From contig JAQYAI010000006.1 in NCBI GenBank assembly GCA_029227655.1, forward strand, positions 2,098-66,097: a DNA stretch of 64,000 nt, in the 5' to 3' direction. Below the pieces are notes generated by a model. It was given only the letters and a program-made list of their open reading frames with translations. It was not told where the DNA came from and ran no database searches. The translations under genes and the position numbers were made by a program. The DNA comes from a bacterium. GTDB taxonomy: Bacteria > Bacillota > Clostridia > Lachnospirales > Lachnospiraceae. This document shows positions 20,557 through 31,447 of this stretch, one piece after another (position 1 is the stretch's first letter; every line of letters starts with the position of its first letter).

Positions 20557-22614
20557 TTGAAACGGGGGACTGTACTTTTGATGTGTATGTTGATGGCTAT
20601 AAGTGCCGGAATGCTATTATTGCATGCGAATGCACAAGAGAACACAGTTTTAGCAGCAAGTGATACAGCAGCAGGAGAGGTATCATGCGGCAAAGTAGTA
20701 AGTGAAATTTCGGATTCCAGTATTAAAATTTCACTTGCAGAAAAGATTTCACTGAAAGAACTGGAAAAACAGTTTCCATCAGAAATGGAAGTAACACTCT
20801 TAGATGAATCAAAAGAAGTAATTCCAGTCACTTGGATCTGTGAAAGTGATTATGAGAATGAGGAGTATGATTCTTATGTATTTGAAATTTCATTGCCAGA
20901 CGGCTACGAAATGTCTGATACATGTTCATCTGCTTTTATTTTGGTTACGTTGGAGGGGTATGTAGAACCTGAAGTTCACCGGGTCTATGAAGCGAATCCT
21001 GATTCTACAATGACGATTGACAAGTATTTGGGAGCGGACAGAACACTTACAAGTCATTTGGAATACTATGAAAACACAAATTATTATTTAGGAACCAAGT
21101 ATTATGGGGGATTTTTAAGGACGGGAGCGGAAAGCTGTCTTGTTCCAAGGGGAGCGGTCAACTATAACGGTTCTACAAATGGAATGAATTGTACTGGTTT
21201 TGTGGCACGTGCTTTAAGAAGCGTGGGCGCCGATGTGACGAAAATTACTACACGTATGCAGGGACACTATGCCAATGCGTGTAATTGGAACGATTTTGTT
21301 GATACATATAATATTAAATCATACAGATTTACCAGTATTGCCTCCATGTTATCCAGTGGTGTTCTGAAAAAAGGGGATATTATTTACTTTGAACCAGATT
21401 GGAGCAGGGCTGATGACGATTGCCATATTGGAATTTTCTGGGGAGATACGTCCAATGAGGATAAATTCTGGCATTCGACAAGTACATACGATAATGCGAT
21501 CACAACAATTCAAAGTAAATCACCAATCTATTATATTTATGTTTTCCCGGTAAGCCATGAGACGGGTGACTTGGAGATATATAAGGAATCAGCAGATACG
21601 GAACTTACTGAAAGTATGCCTGATAAGTATTCTTTAGAAGGAGCAAAATACGGAGTATATTACAAGGACGAAGATTTTTCAGAACCGGAATATATTATAA
21701 CCACAGATAAAAACGGATATGGAAAAATATCAGGCATTCCATGGGGAAATTATTATGTGAAAGAATTGGAAGCTCCTAAGGGATTTAAAATTGATATGAA
21801 CTGGTATCCATCTGTGCCGACAACTACTACAGGTGTGGCTGCATATACTGTGAAAGCAAATGCTGTTGTCACAGTTCATCTCACAGATGAACCGGTCATA
21901 TACCCAAAGGGGAATGTGAAAATTGTAAAGAGTGGTGTACATCCTGATGATAAAGCAAATACCAGAACTCCGCTGGAAGGAATTCAGTTTGTTTTCAAGT
22001 CAAAATCAGATGGGAAGACGTATATAATAACAACCGATAAAGAGGGAAAAGCTTCGACGGAATCACTTGGTGGCCTTTTCATAGATACATACATTGTAAC
22101 AGAGAAAAATACACCATCAAATTATATTTCATGTGATTCCTTTGAAGTGACGATTACGGAAGATGCGCAAACACTATCGTATGATATTGATAATGAAGAA
22201 ATTGTAGCTGCAATTACAATCGTAAAAAAGGATGCAGAGACAAAAGAAATCATTGAAGCTGCTGGAACAAAATTCAGAATTCTAAATTCAAAAAAAGAAG
22301 TGATATTAGAAAATCTTATAACTGATGAAAGTGGAAGAGCAGAATTGCCGAAAAGACTTCCTTTCGGAACCTATTACTTGGAAGAAGTGGAAGCTCCGGC
22401 AGGATATTTAAAAGGAGAACTTCTAAAATTCACGGTAACAGAAAAAGCGGAGTGGGATTCGCCAATGATTTTAGAATATTATAACGAAAGAGGAAAGAAG
22501 CTTCCAGAGACAGGATCTGGAAGGATGATTAATTTGATGTTACTTGGTACTTTGCTGGTATTGGCAGCAATAACAGAAAAAAAGAATGATCGAAAAACAG
22601 GAGATAAAATATGA
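20557..22614 (+). CDS. sortase-anchored ancillary/tip pilin: signal peptide, Ig-like domain, NlpC/P60-like hydrolase domain, three SpaA/CnaB-like domains, LPETG
   Basis: YLGTKY..NCTGFV..KKGDIIYF..HIGIFWG..FWHS; E-box-like YYVKELEAPKGF and YYLEEVEAPAGY; LPETG plus TM and basic tail; true start may be ATT at 20545. Confidence 0.85.
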   Translation: MKRGTVLLMCMLMAISAGMLLLHANAQENTVLAASDTAAGEVSCGKVVSEISDSSIKISLAEKISLKELEKQFPSEMEVTLLDESKEVIPVTWICESDYENEEYDSYVFEISLPDGYEMSDTCSSAFILVTLEGYVEPEVHRVYEANPDSTMTIDKYLGADRTLTSHLEYYENTNYYLGTKYYGGFLRTGAESCLVPRGAVNYNGSTNGMNCTGFVARALRSVGADVTKITTRMQGHYANACNWNDFVDTYNIKSYRFTSIASMLSSGVLKKGDIIYFEPDWSRADDDCHIGIFWGDTSNEDKFWHSTSTYDNAITTIQSKSPIYYIYVFPVSHETGDLEIYKESADTELTESMPDKYSLEGAKYGVYYKDEDFSEPEYIITTDKNGYGKISGIPWGNYYVKELEAPKGFKIDMNWYPSVPTTTTGVAAYTVKANAVVTVHLTDEPVIYPKGNVKIVKSGVHPDDKANTRTPLEGIQFVFKSKSDGKTYIITTDKEGKASTESLGGLFIDTYIVTEKNTPSNYISCDSFEVTITEDAQTLSYDIDNEEIVAAITIVKKDAETKEIIEAAGTKFRILNSKKEVILENLITDESGRAELPKRLPFGTYYLEEVEAPAGYLKGELLKFTVTEKAEWDSPMILEYYNERGKKLPETGSGRMINLMLLGTLLVLAAITEKKNDRKTGDKI

Positions 22615-24416
22615 GAAAAAAATTTATAATTGGAATGTTAACATTTGTAATGGCTTTTTCGGGAATAGGTGTTCCAATGAATTGTACGCTGCTTTCTGCA
22701 CATGCAGCAGAAACGGGCATGCAGTCAGGAGTCATTAATTTTGGAAGAGGAACAGCAAGTATCACGATTCAGGGAAACACTGGACAGACGTTGATCGGGA
22801 AAAGATTCAATATATATAAGCTTTTTCATGCGGAGAATTCTGCCCATGGAGAATCTGTGAATTATACCTTCAATTCAGAATATAAAACGGCACTTCAGAA
22901 TCTTGTTGGAAAAGCCTTGTTAAAAACACCATCTCAGGTGACAGAATACGAGGTCATTGATTATATTCAAACGATGAACTCAAATGAAGTAGAAGGTGCA
23001 GATGCTTCACAGACACTGGAAGGGAGATATTCAGATTTTAGATATTTTGTGGAAGATTTGAGAGATGAAATCGTCAGGCTGGGAAATACCTCGGACACAG
23101 TGACGGTAACATCAGTGAGCAACAATAACAGCATTCAGATTGCCGGACTTGAGTATGGGTATTATATCGTAGATGAAGTGTCAGATAATGAAGGGACACA
23201 TTCAGCTTCATCACTTTGTATGGTGAGTACAGCTAATCCAAATGCATCAGTGAATATGAAATCGGACTATCCATCTGTAGTAAAGAAGATACAGGAAGAT
23301 GATCATAAAGATTCTATAGGAAATAATGGGTGGAATGATATCGGCGATTTTGAGATTGGGCAGATCGTTCCATATAAATTTGAGTCCAATGTTCCAAATA
23401 TGAATGGATATCATACGTATTATTATGCATGGCATGATGTGATGGATGATGCACTTACATTTAATAAGAATAGTGTATCCATCAGCATTTCCAATGGGAC
23501 AAAGGATTATGTATTGAAAGCTGATGAATTTATAATTTCGGAAAATACAGATGGTGAGACATTTAAGGTTGAAATTCATGATTTGAAAGAAATTGTTGAC
23601 AGAGAATTTGACAATATGGATGCACTTGGACACAATACTTATGGGCAGACAGTAATTTTGACGTACAATGCGATATTGAATGATAATGCGGCCAATGACA
23701 CAGGAAGACCAGGATTTGAAAATGATGTAAGACTGGAATTTTCGAATGATCCGGATGTGACAGGAGAGGGAAATACTGGGTTTACTCCATGGGATACAGT
23801 AGTTTGTTTTACTTATAAGCTGAATGTACTTAAAACGAACAATCATGATCAGCCACTTGAAAATGCAAAATTCCGTCTTTATTCAGATACGGATTGTACA
23901 GAAGAGGTTTACGTAAAGAAAGCAGAAAATGGGTATCATGTTATTAACAGGGATACATCCGGTGATACTACGCCGGATAATGCAGTAGAAATGTCTTCAC
24001 AGGAAGATGGAACGTTTATCATTTATGGACTTGATCAGGGAATCTATTATTTGAAAGAAACAGATGCTCCAGATGGATACAGAGCAATTCTTGATCCTAT
24101 TGTTCTTACAGTGGAACCAACATTTACAGCAGATAGAAATAATTATGTAAAGGGTGATGGTGCTACAGAGAAAACATTGCAGAATCTGGAATATTCAGCT
24201 TATATCAAACAATTCTTGAGTGGAACATATACAGAAAATCATAATACTTTAGAGACAGATGTAAAAGAAGGTTCTGGCAATCTTACGGTAATCAATCAGG
24301 TGGGCACCAAGCTCCCGGTAACTGGTTCTAGTGCAATGCTTGTACTATTAACATTAGGTGCAGGGGTAATGTTGGTGGCAAAAGTGATTCCTTCAGAAAA
24401 GAAAAAAAAGTCATAA
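22611..24416 (+). CDS. major (backbone) pilin, isopeptide-forming fimbrial protein
   Basis: signal peptide; pilin-motif-like VNMKSDYPSVVKK; D2-type domain ending ENDVRLEFSN; E-box YYLKETDAPDGY; LPVTG plus TM and KKKK tail. Confidence 0.88.
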   Translation: MRKKFIIGMLTFVMAFSGIGVPMNCTLLSAHAAETGMQSGVINFGRGTASITIQGNTGQTLIGKRFNIYKLFHAENSAHGESVNYTFNSEYKTALQNLVGKALLKTPSQVTEYEVIDYIQTMNSNEVEGADASQTLEGRYSDFRYFVEDLRDEIVRLGNTSDTVTVTSVSNNNSIQIAGLEYGYYIVDEVSDNEGTHSASSLCMVSTANPNASVNMKSDYPSVVKKIQEDDHKDSIGNNGWNDIGDFEIGQIVPYKFESNVPNMNGYHTYYYAWHDVMDDALTFNKNSVSISISNGTKDYVLKADEFIISENTDGETFKVEIHDLKEIVDREFDNMDALGHNTYGQTVILTYNAILNDNAANDTGRPGFENDVRLEFSNDPDVTGEGNTGFTPWDTVVCFTYKLNVLKTNNHDQPLENAKFRLYSDTDCTEEVYVKKAENGYHVINRDTSGDTTPDNAVEMSSQEDGTFIIYGLDQGIYYLKETDAPDGYRAILDPIVLTVEPTFTADRNNYVKGDGATEKTLQNLEYSAYIKQFLSGTYTENHNTLETDVKEGSGNLTVINQVGTKLPVTGSSAMLVLLTLGAGVMLVAKVIPSEKKKKS

Positions 24417-24434
24417 AAAGCCAGGTGTAGTTTT

Positions 24435-25304
24435 ATGAAAAAAGAACGACCGGCTTCGAAAAGAAAGATAGTAAAAGCAATCCTTTTCTTTGTTGGTCTG
24501 ATGATTTGTTCTTATCCTCTTGTCAGCAGTATTGTAGAGCAACGGCATCTTAAAGATGCTATTGCAACTTATCAGAAGCAAATAGAAGACTGTGATGAGA
24601 TTGATATGAAAACGGCAATGTCTCAGGCAGAGGAATATAATAGTGTGCTGTACCAGTCTGAAGGAAAAAATATCAATACTCCTTTTGGTGAGATACTTCG
24701 TTCTGAGAATTATAATAGTCTGCTTAATTTGACGGGAAATGGAATCGTGGGAAGTGTTGAAATTCCTAAAATCAGTGTAAATCTACCTATATACCATGGA
24801 ACGGATGAAGAGGTACTGACGATAGGAATTGGTCATGTTGAAGGAACAAGTCTTCCTGTGGGTGGAGAAAATACCAGGACGGTACTTGCAGGTCACCGGG
24901 GGCTTCCAAATTCCAAGTTATTTACAAGACTTGATGAATTAGAAACAGGAGATTTCTTTTTTATAAAAGTTCTTGATGAGGTCTTGGCGTATGAAGTGGT
25001 AGATATTGAAGTTATTGAACCGGAAGACATAAGTAAATTAGAGATTGTTCCGGAAAAAGATCTTGCAACATTATTGACCTGCACACCCTATGGTCTGAAT
25101 ACGCACCGGCTGATCGTTACAGGTGAAAGAGCAGCTTATGATGAGATAGAATACCAATCAATAAAAAAGGAAATGATGTCTTTCAGAGAACTGTTTTTTG
25201 CAGTTATGCCGTTTGTGTTTGCTGTGATTGGAATTGGAACAGTTATAAGAAATAGAAAATCGAAAAAGATAAAGTTGAAAAGGAGGGGAGGGAGACGTTT
25301 ATGA
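24435..25304 (+). CDS. srtC: class C (pilus) sortase
   Basis: LAGHRG and TLLTCTPYGLNTHRL motifs; N- and C-terminal TM segments. Confidence 0.95.
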   Translation: MKKERPASKRKIVKAILFFVGLMICSYPLVSSIVEQRHLKDAIATYQKQIEDCDEIDMKTAMSQAEEYNSVLYQSEGKNINTPFGEILRSENYNSLLNLTGNGIVGSVEIPKISVNLPIYHGTDEEVLTIGIGHVEGTSLPVGGENTRTVLAGHRGLPNSKLFTRLDELETGDFFFIKVLDEVLAYEVVDIEVIEPEDISKLEIVPEKDLATLLTCTPYGLNTHRLIVTGERAAYDEIEYQSIKKEMMSFRELFFAVMPFVFAVIGIGTVIRNRKSKKIKLKRRGGRRL

Positions 25305-25930
25305 AGTTGGAAAAAGTATATGGTGCATTTGTGATATGCTTTTTACTGGTTATTCTGAGTGCCTTACCGGTTTTGGCAAGTGATTCTTTGGAAGATAGAG
25401 GAAATATTGGCAGTATCACAATAAGGCTGGAAGATACGAAAAATAATTGTCCAAAAGGTGATGTGCATATAATTGCAGCAAAAATTGCAGAGATAGTAGA
25501 TGGTGAATATGTATTACATAGTGGGTATTCAGATACAGGAATTGACCTGAATGAAATCAAGAATGCAAATGAACTTGCAAGCGCAGCAGAGAAACTGGAA
25601 CAATTAAAACCTGAAGGAATAGAGGTAGTTACAGATTATGATGGGGTAGCTATAATTACGGACCTTTCGGCTGGGATGTACCTGGTATATGCCTGTGATG
25701 TTGCAGAATATGAAAATATTATGCCATCCTTAGTGCCAAACCCTATGTGGAATGAAGAGAAAGGAAATATGGTGTATGATATTGAAATTCTAGCGAAACA
25801 TGCGCCGGATTTAGAAAGTCCAGGCACTCCGCAGACTGGAGATGGAAATCGTGCATCTTTTTATGGCATAACTGTGGCAGGGGCATTACTTTTTGCCGGG
25901 AGTTGTCTTTGGATGAAAAGGAAAAGGTAG
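25301..25930 (+). CDS. small basal/anchor pilin
   Basis: signal peptide, single SpaA-like domain (GSITIRL..DLSAGMYLV), TPQTG plus TM and KRKR. Confidence 0.75.
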   Translation: MKLEKVYGAFVICFLLVILSALPVLASDSLEDRGNIGSITIRLEDTKNNCPKGDVHIIAAKIAEIVDGEYVLHSGYSDTGIDLNEIKNANELASAAEKLEQLKPEGIEVVTDYDGVAIITDLSAGMYLVYACDVAEYENIMPSLVPNPMWNEEKGNMVYDIEILAKHAPDLESPGTPQTGDGNRASFYGITVAGALLFAGSCLWMKRKR

Positions 25931-25933
25931 AAC

Positions 25934-25962
25934 TTTACAAAAAAAGTAAAATGTGATAAAGT
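25934..25962 (+). promoter_or_regulatory. sigmaA promoter of rnpB
   Basis: TTTACA-17 bp-TAAAGT with upstream TG. Confidence 0.6.
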
Positions 25963-25967
25963 ATTCG

Positions 25968-26317
25968 GAGCAAGTAAGACAAATGTTCGCGGCTGCAGGT
26001 GCCGAAAGGCCGCAGGTGAGGAAAGTCCGGGCTTCATAGGGCCGGATGCCGGATAACGTCCGGTGGAGGCGACTCCAAGGAAAGTGCAACAGAAATAAAC
26101 CGCCTGCTGATGCAGGTAAGGGTGGAAAGGCAGTGTAAGAGACTACCGCCCATCTGGTAACAGAAGGGGCATATGTAAACCCCATTCGAAGCAAGACCGG
26201 AAGAAAGCAATGTGGCTGCCCGTCACGCTTTAGGTAGGTCGCTTGAACCTGCTGGTGACAGCAGGTCTGGATAGATGAACATTCACGACATAACCCGGCT
26301 TATCGTTTTGCTTGCTT
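25968..26317 (+). ncRNA. rnpB: RNase P RNA (bacterial, probably type A)
   Basis: GAGGAAAGTCCGGGC, GAAAGTGCAACAGAAA and ACATAACCCGGCTTAT universal motifs; P1 helix GAGCAAGTAAGAC/GTTTTGCTTGCTT. Confidence 0.97.
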
Positions 26318-26327
26318 AAAAGCAAAA

Positions 26328-26360
26328 ATAAAAGGAAGCAGTTTTCATGCTTCCTTTTTT
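26328..26360. terminator. bidirectional terminator between rnpB and pyrI
   Basis: AAAAGGAAGCA-N7-TGCTTCCTTTT. Confidence 0.85.
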
Positions 26361-26374
26361 AAATTTATGAATTT

Positions 26375-26812
26375 TTATCTACTGTATTTTTCTTCGCAGT
26401 ATTTGCAACGATAAACAGCATTTTCTTCATCTGTCAAGACAAAGACATGGTCCAGACCCTGTTCAATCGATGTGATACAGCGGGGATTCTTACATTTTAC
26501 AATATTTTTGATTTCTTTTGGAAGATGAAGAATCTTCTTGTCAACAACATTTCCGTTAGAAATAATATTTACTGTAATATTGTGGTCGATGAAACCTAGA
26601 ACATCTAAGTCAATGATGTCGATAGGACATTCAATTTTGATAATGTCTTTTTTACCCTGTTTATTGCTTTTTGCATTCTTGATGATTGCAACGCAGCAGT
26701 CAAGCTTGTCTAATTTTAAGTGTTTGTAGATTTCCATACTTTTGCCGGCTTCGATGTGGTCTAGTACGAAACCTTCGTTAATCTTACCAATAGTTAAAGT
26801 GTTTTCTACCAT
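26375..26812 (-). CDS. pyrI: aspartate carbamoyltransferase regulatory subunit
   Basis: GFVLDHI and KKDIIKIE motifs; Zn ligands CKNPRCIT and CKYCE. Confidence 0.95.
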   Translation of the reverse strand: MVENTLTIGKINEGFVLDHIEAGKSMEIYKHLKLDKLDCCVAIIKNAKSNKQGKKDIIKIECPIDIIDLDVLGFIDHNITVNIISNGNVVDKKILHLPKEIKNIVKCKNPRCITSIEQGLDHVFVLTDEENAVYRCKYCEEKYSR

Positions 26813-26824
26813 TGTCCCATCCTC

Positions 26825-27745
26825 CTAATCTACATGAATGTCAAGTAATGTGAGAATCAGTGCCATACGGGCATAGACTCCATATTGGACCTGTTTGAAA
26901 TATGCGGCTCTTGGATCATCGTCGACTTCGACAGAAATTTCATTTACACGTGGCAATGGATGAAGTACAATCATATCTTCCTTTGCCAATGTCATTTTGT
27001 TCTTGTCTAAAATATAGAAGTCTTTCATTCTGATATAATCGTCTTCGTTGAAGAAACGTTCTTTCTGTACACGTGTCATGTAGAGAACATCGAGTTCAGG
27101 AAGAGCTTCTTCCAAACGAACGACTTCTTTGTAAGAAACGCCTGATTTATCAAGCACATCTACTCTTACATAGTCAGGAAGACGCAGTTCTTCTGGTGAA
27201 ATCAATACGAATTCAATATTTTCATAACGAACAAGGGCATTAATAAGAGAATGTACGGTACGACCAAATTTTAAGTCGCCACAAAGACCGATTTTTAAAT
27301 TGTTAAGACGTCCTTTTAAAGAACGAATCGTAAGCAAGTCTGTTAAAGTCTGAGTTGGATGCTGATGACCGCCATCACCGGCGTTGATAACAGGAATTGT
27401 AGAGTGCTGGCATGCTACCATTGGAGCACCTTCTTTTGGGTGACGCATGGCACAGATATCAGCGTAACATGAAACTGTGCGGATTGTATCAGAAACACTT
27501 TCCCCTTTTTTTGATGAACTTGAATCTGCAGATGAGAATCCCATGATATTTCCACCAAGGTTAAGCATTGCGGCTTCGTGGCTTAAACGAGTACGGGTAC
27601 TTGGTTCATAGAAAAGAGTTGCCAGAGTCTTTCCGGCACATGCATGTGCATATTTCTCTCGGTTCGCTTCGATATCTGCCGCTAAATCCATGAGGTTATC
27701 AAGTTCTTCAACGGAGAAATCTAAAGGGCTCATTAAATGTCTCAT
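26825..27745 (-). CDS. pyrB: aspartate carbamoyltransferase catalytic subunit
   Basis: [16 protein letters not shown] and HPLPR motifs. Confidence 0.97.
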   Translation of the reverse strand: MRHLMSPLDFSVEELDNLMDLAADIEANREKYAHACAGKTLATLFYEPSTRTRLSHEAAMLNLGGNIMGFSSADSSSSKKGESVSDTIRTVSCYADICAMRHPKEGAPMVACQHSTIPVINAGDGGHQHPTQTLTDLLTIRSLKGRLNNLKIGLCGDLKFGRTVHSLINALVRYENIEFVLISPEELRLPDYVRVDVLDKSGVSYKEVVRLEEALPELDVLYMTRVQKERFFNEDDYIRMKDFYILDKNKMTLAKEDMIVLHPLPRVNEISVEVDDDPRAAYFKQVQYGVYARMALILTLLDIHVD

Positions 27746-27841
27746 AGTGAGGACCTCCTTTAAATTATCATATGTAGTTCTTAATATTCTTATCTATAAT
27801 ATACTAAAACATTTTTTATTTCAACTAAAAAAAGTGAATAG

Positions 27842-27870
27842 TTGACGCGTTCTTTCAAGGTAAGTATAAT
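27842..27870 (+). promoter_or_regulatory. sigmaA promoter of pheA
   Basis: TTGACG-17 bp-TATAAT. Confidence 0.7.
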
Positions 27871-27913
27871 AAAAATAATGGGTTATTTTTTTCAAAAATA
27901 AGGAGGACGCCAC

Positions 27914-29044
27914 ATGGAGACAATGGATAAACTGGTGGAGAGACTGGACGAAATAGATGAACAGATGACAACGCTTTTTGAAGAGCGTATGGATGTCTGT
28001 GAACAGGTGGCCGACTATAAAATAAAGAACGGATTAAAAGTATTTGACAAAACGAAAGAGACAGCAAAGCTGAGATCTGTTGTGGAAAAAGGAACAACAG
28101 AATTAAATAAAAAAGGAATCAAAGAATTGTATGAGCAGCTCATGGCCATGAGCAGAAAATTGCAGTACCAGAAGCTGATGGAAGCTGGGGCACTGGGCCG
28201 TCTTCCGTTTATCGGATTTGATGAACTGGAGATGAAGGGGATTCGGATTGTGTTTCAGGGCGTGGAAGGTGCGTACAGTGAGGCTGCAATGGAACAGTAT
28301 TTTGGAAAAAATTCGAACAATTTTCATGTTGCTACCTTCCGTGAGGCAATGGAAGCAATCGAAGAAGGCGCAGCGGATTATGCAGTCCTTCCGATTGAGA
28401 ATTCCACGGCTGGTGCTGTGGATCAGGTGTATGATCTGTTGGTGGAATTTGAAAATTATATTGTAGGTGAAGTGATTCTTCCGATTGAGCATATGCTGGT
28501 GGGTGTAAAAGGCGCAGCACTTGATGATATCAGAAAAGTGTACTCTCATCCGCAGGGGCTGATGCAGTCTGCCAAATATCTGGATGATCACAGAGAGTGG
28601 CAGCAGATCAGTGTGGCAAATACAGCACTTGCGGCAAAAAAGGTACTTGATGATCAGGATACTTCACAGGCTGCAGTGTGCAGTGAACATGCGGCTGAGC
28701 TGTATGGACTTGAAATTCTGGCTAGAAAGATCAATTTTGAATCAGATAATTCGACAAGATTTATTATTGTAACCAATCAGAAGATCTTCTTAAAAGATGC
28801 AGGGAAGATCAGTATTTGTTTTGAAGTTCCACATGAGAGTGGATCCTTATATCATCTGTTATCGCACTTTATTTATAACGATCTGAACATGACAAAAATC
28901 GAATCCCGCCCGGTAGAAGGAAGAAGATTTGAATATCGTTTCTTTGTGGATTTTGAGGGGAATTTAGCTGATCCAGCAGTAAAAAATGCAATCAGGGGAC
29001 TTCGGGAAGAAGCTTTGAATCTGAAAATTCTTGGCAATTATTAA
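27914..29044 (+). CDS. pheA: chorismate mutase / prephenate dehydratase
   Basis: N-terminal CM_2 helices; QGVEGAYS, PIENS, SHPQ, NSTRF and KIESRP motifs. Confidence 0.93.
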   Translation: METMDKLVERLDEIDEQMTTLFEERMDVCEQVADYKIKNGLKVFDKTKETAKLRSVVEKGTTELNKKGIKELYEQLMAMSRKLQYQKLMEAGALGRLPFIGFDELEMKGIRIVFQGVEGAYSEAAMEQYFGKNSNNFHVATFREAMEAIEEGAADYAVLPIENSTAGAVDQVYDLLVEFENYIVGEVILPIEHMLVGVKGAALDDIRKVYSHPQGLMQSAKYLDDHREWQQISVANTALAAKKVLDDQDTSQAAVCSEHAAELYGLEILARKINFESDNSTRFIIVTNQKIFLKDAGKISICFEVPHESGSLYHLLSHFIYNDLNMTKIESRPVEGRRFEYRFFVDFEGNLADPAVKNAIRGLREEALNLKILGNY

Positions 29045-29072
29045 ATGCGGACAGAAGAAAGAAGGCAGAAGA

Positions 29073-30362
<1,290 letters not shown>

Positions 30363-30479
30363 TTTCGATTGCACTTTCGTGTGGAAGTTGATATACTTAA
30401 AACTTACTGGAGCAAATCCTGATTAGGCGGTATATAGCCTGATTGAATGGGTTTATCCGGATGATGGAGGGTTTTTATT

Positions 30480-31433
30480 ATGAAATGGAATAAATTTAGA
30501 TTAAAGACAACAACAGAGGCAGAGGATATTGTCAGCAGTATGCTCATGGATCTTGGAATTCAGGGAATTGAAATCGAGGACAAGCTTCCTATGACACAAG
30601 CTGAAAAGGAGCAGATGTTCGTAGACATTCTTCCAGAGGTCGATGTAGATGACGGAATAGCTTACATCAGCTTCTATCTCGAAGAGGAGGATGACAAAGA
30701 AACGATTCTTGCAAACGTAAGAGCTGAATTAGAAGATATGCGTGCTTATGTGGAAGTAGGAAGCGGCGAGATCGAGGAGTCACAGACAGAAGATGTAGAC
30801 TGGGTGAACAACTGGAAACAGTATTTCCATCAGTTCTATATTGATGATATCCTGGTCATTCCTTCGTGGGAAGAAGTGAAACCGGAAGATGAAGGGAAAA
30901 TGATTGTTCATATCGATCCGGGAACAGCGTTTGGTACAGGAAAGCATGAGACCACACAGCTCTGCATCCGCCAGCTGAAAAAATATGTAAAAGAAGATAC
31001 CGAAATTCTGGATGTGGGATGTGGAAGCGGAATTCTTGGGATGCTTGCACTTATGATGGGGGCAAAGAATTCTGTCGGAACAGATCTTGATCCATGTGCT
31101 ATTGATGCGACACATCAAAATATGGAGGTAAATCATATTTCAACAGACCGTTACGAGGTAATGATCGGAAATATTATTGATGATAAAGAAATCCAGGACA
31201 AGGTCGGCTATGAGAAGTACGATATTGTAGTTGCAAATATTCTTGCAGAAGTGCTTGTGCCACTGACTCCCGTAATCGTAAATCAGATGAAGAAAGGTGC
31301 CGTATATATTACAAGCGGTATCATTGATGATAAAGAAGAGACGGTAGTAGATGCAGTGAAGGCAGCCGGACTTGAAGTGCTCGAAGTGACACATCAGGGA
31401 GAATGGGTATCCGTGACAGCCCGCAAGAACTAA
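30480..31433 (+). CDS. prmA: ribosomal protein L11 methyltransferase
   Basis: DPGTAFGTGKHETT, LDVGCGSGIL and VVANILA motifs. Confidence 0.96.
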   Translation: MKWNKFRLKTTTEAEDIVSSMLMDLGIQGIEIEDKLPMTQAEKEQMFVDILPEVDVDDGIAYISFYLEEEDDKETILANVRAELEDMRAYVEVGSGEIEESQTEDVDWVNNWKQYFHQFYIDDILVIPSWEEVKPEDEGKMIVHIDPGTAFGTGKHETTQLCIRQLKKYVKEDTEILDVGCGSGILGMLALMMGAKNSVGTDLDPCAIDATHQNMEVNHISTDRYEVMIGNIIDDKEIQDKVGYEKYDIVVANILAEVLVPLTPVIVNQMKKGAVYITSGIIDDKEETVVDAVKAAGLEVLEVTHQGEWVSVTARKN

Positions 31434-31447
31434 AAAGGGGAAGCATT

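Noticed and set aside
25886-26194. 102-aa minus-strand ORF
   Set aside because: Antisense to RNase P RNA; the GC-rich structured RNA explains the open frame
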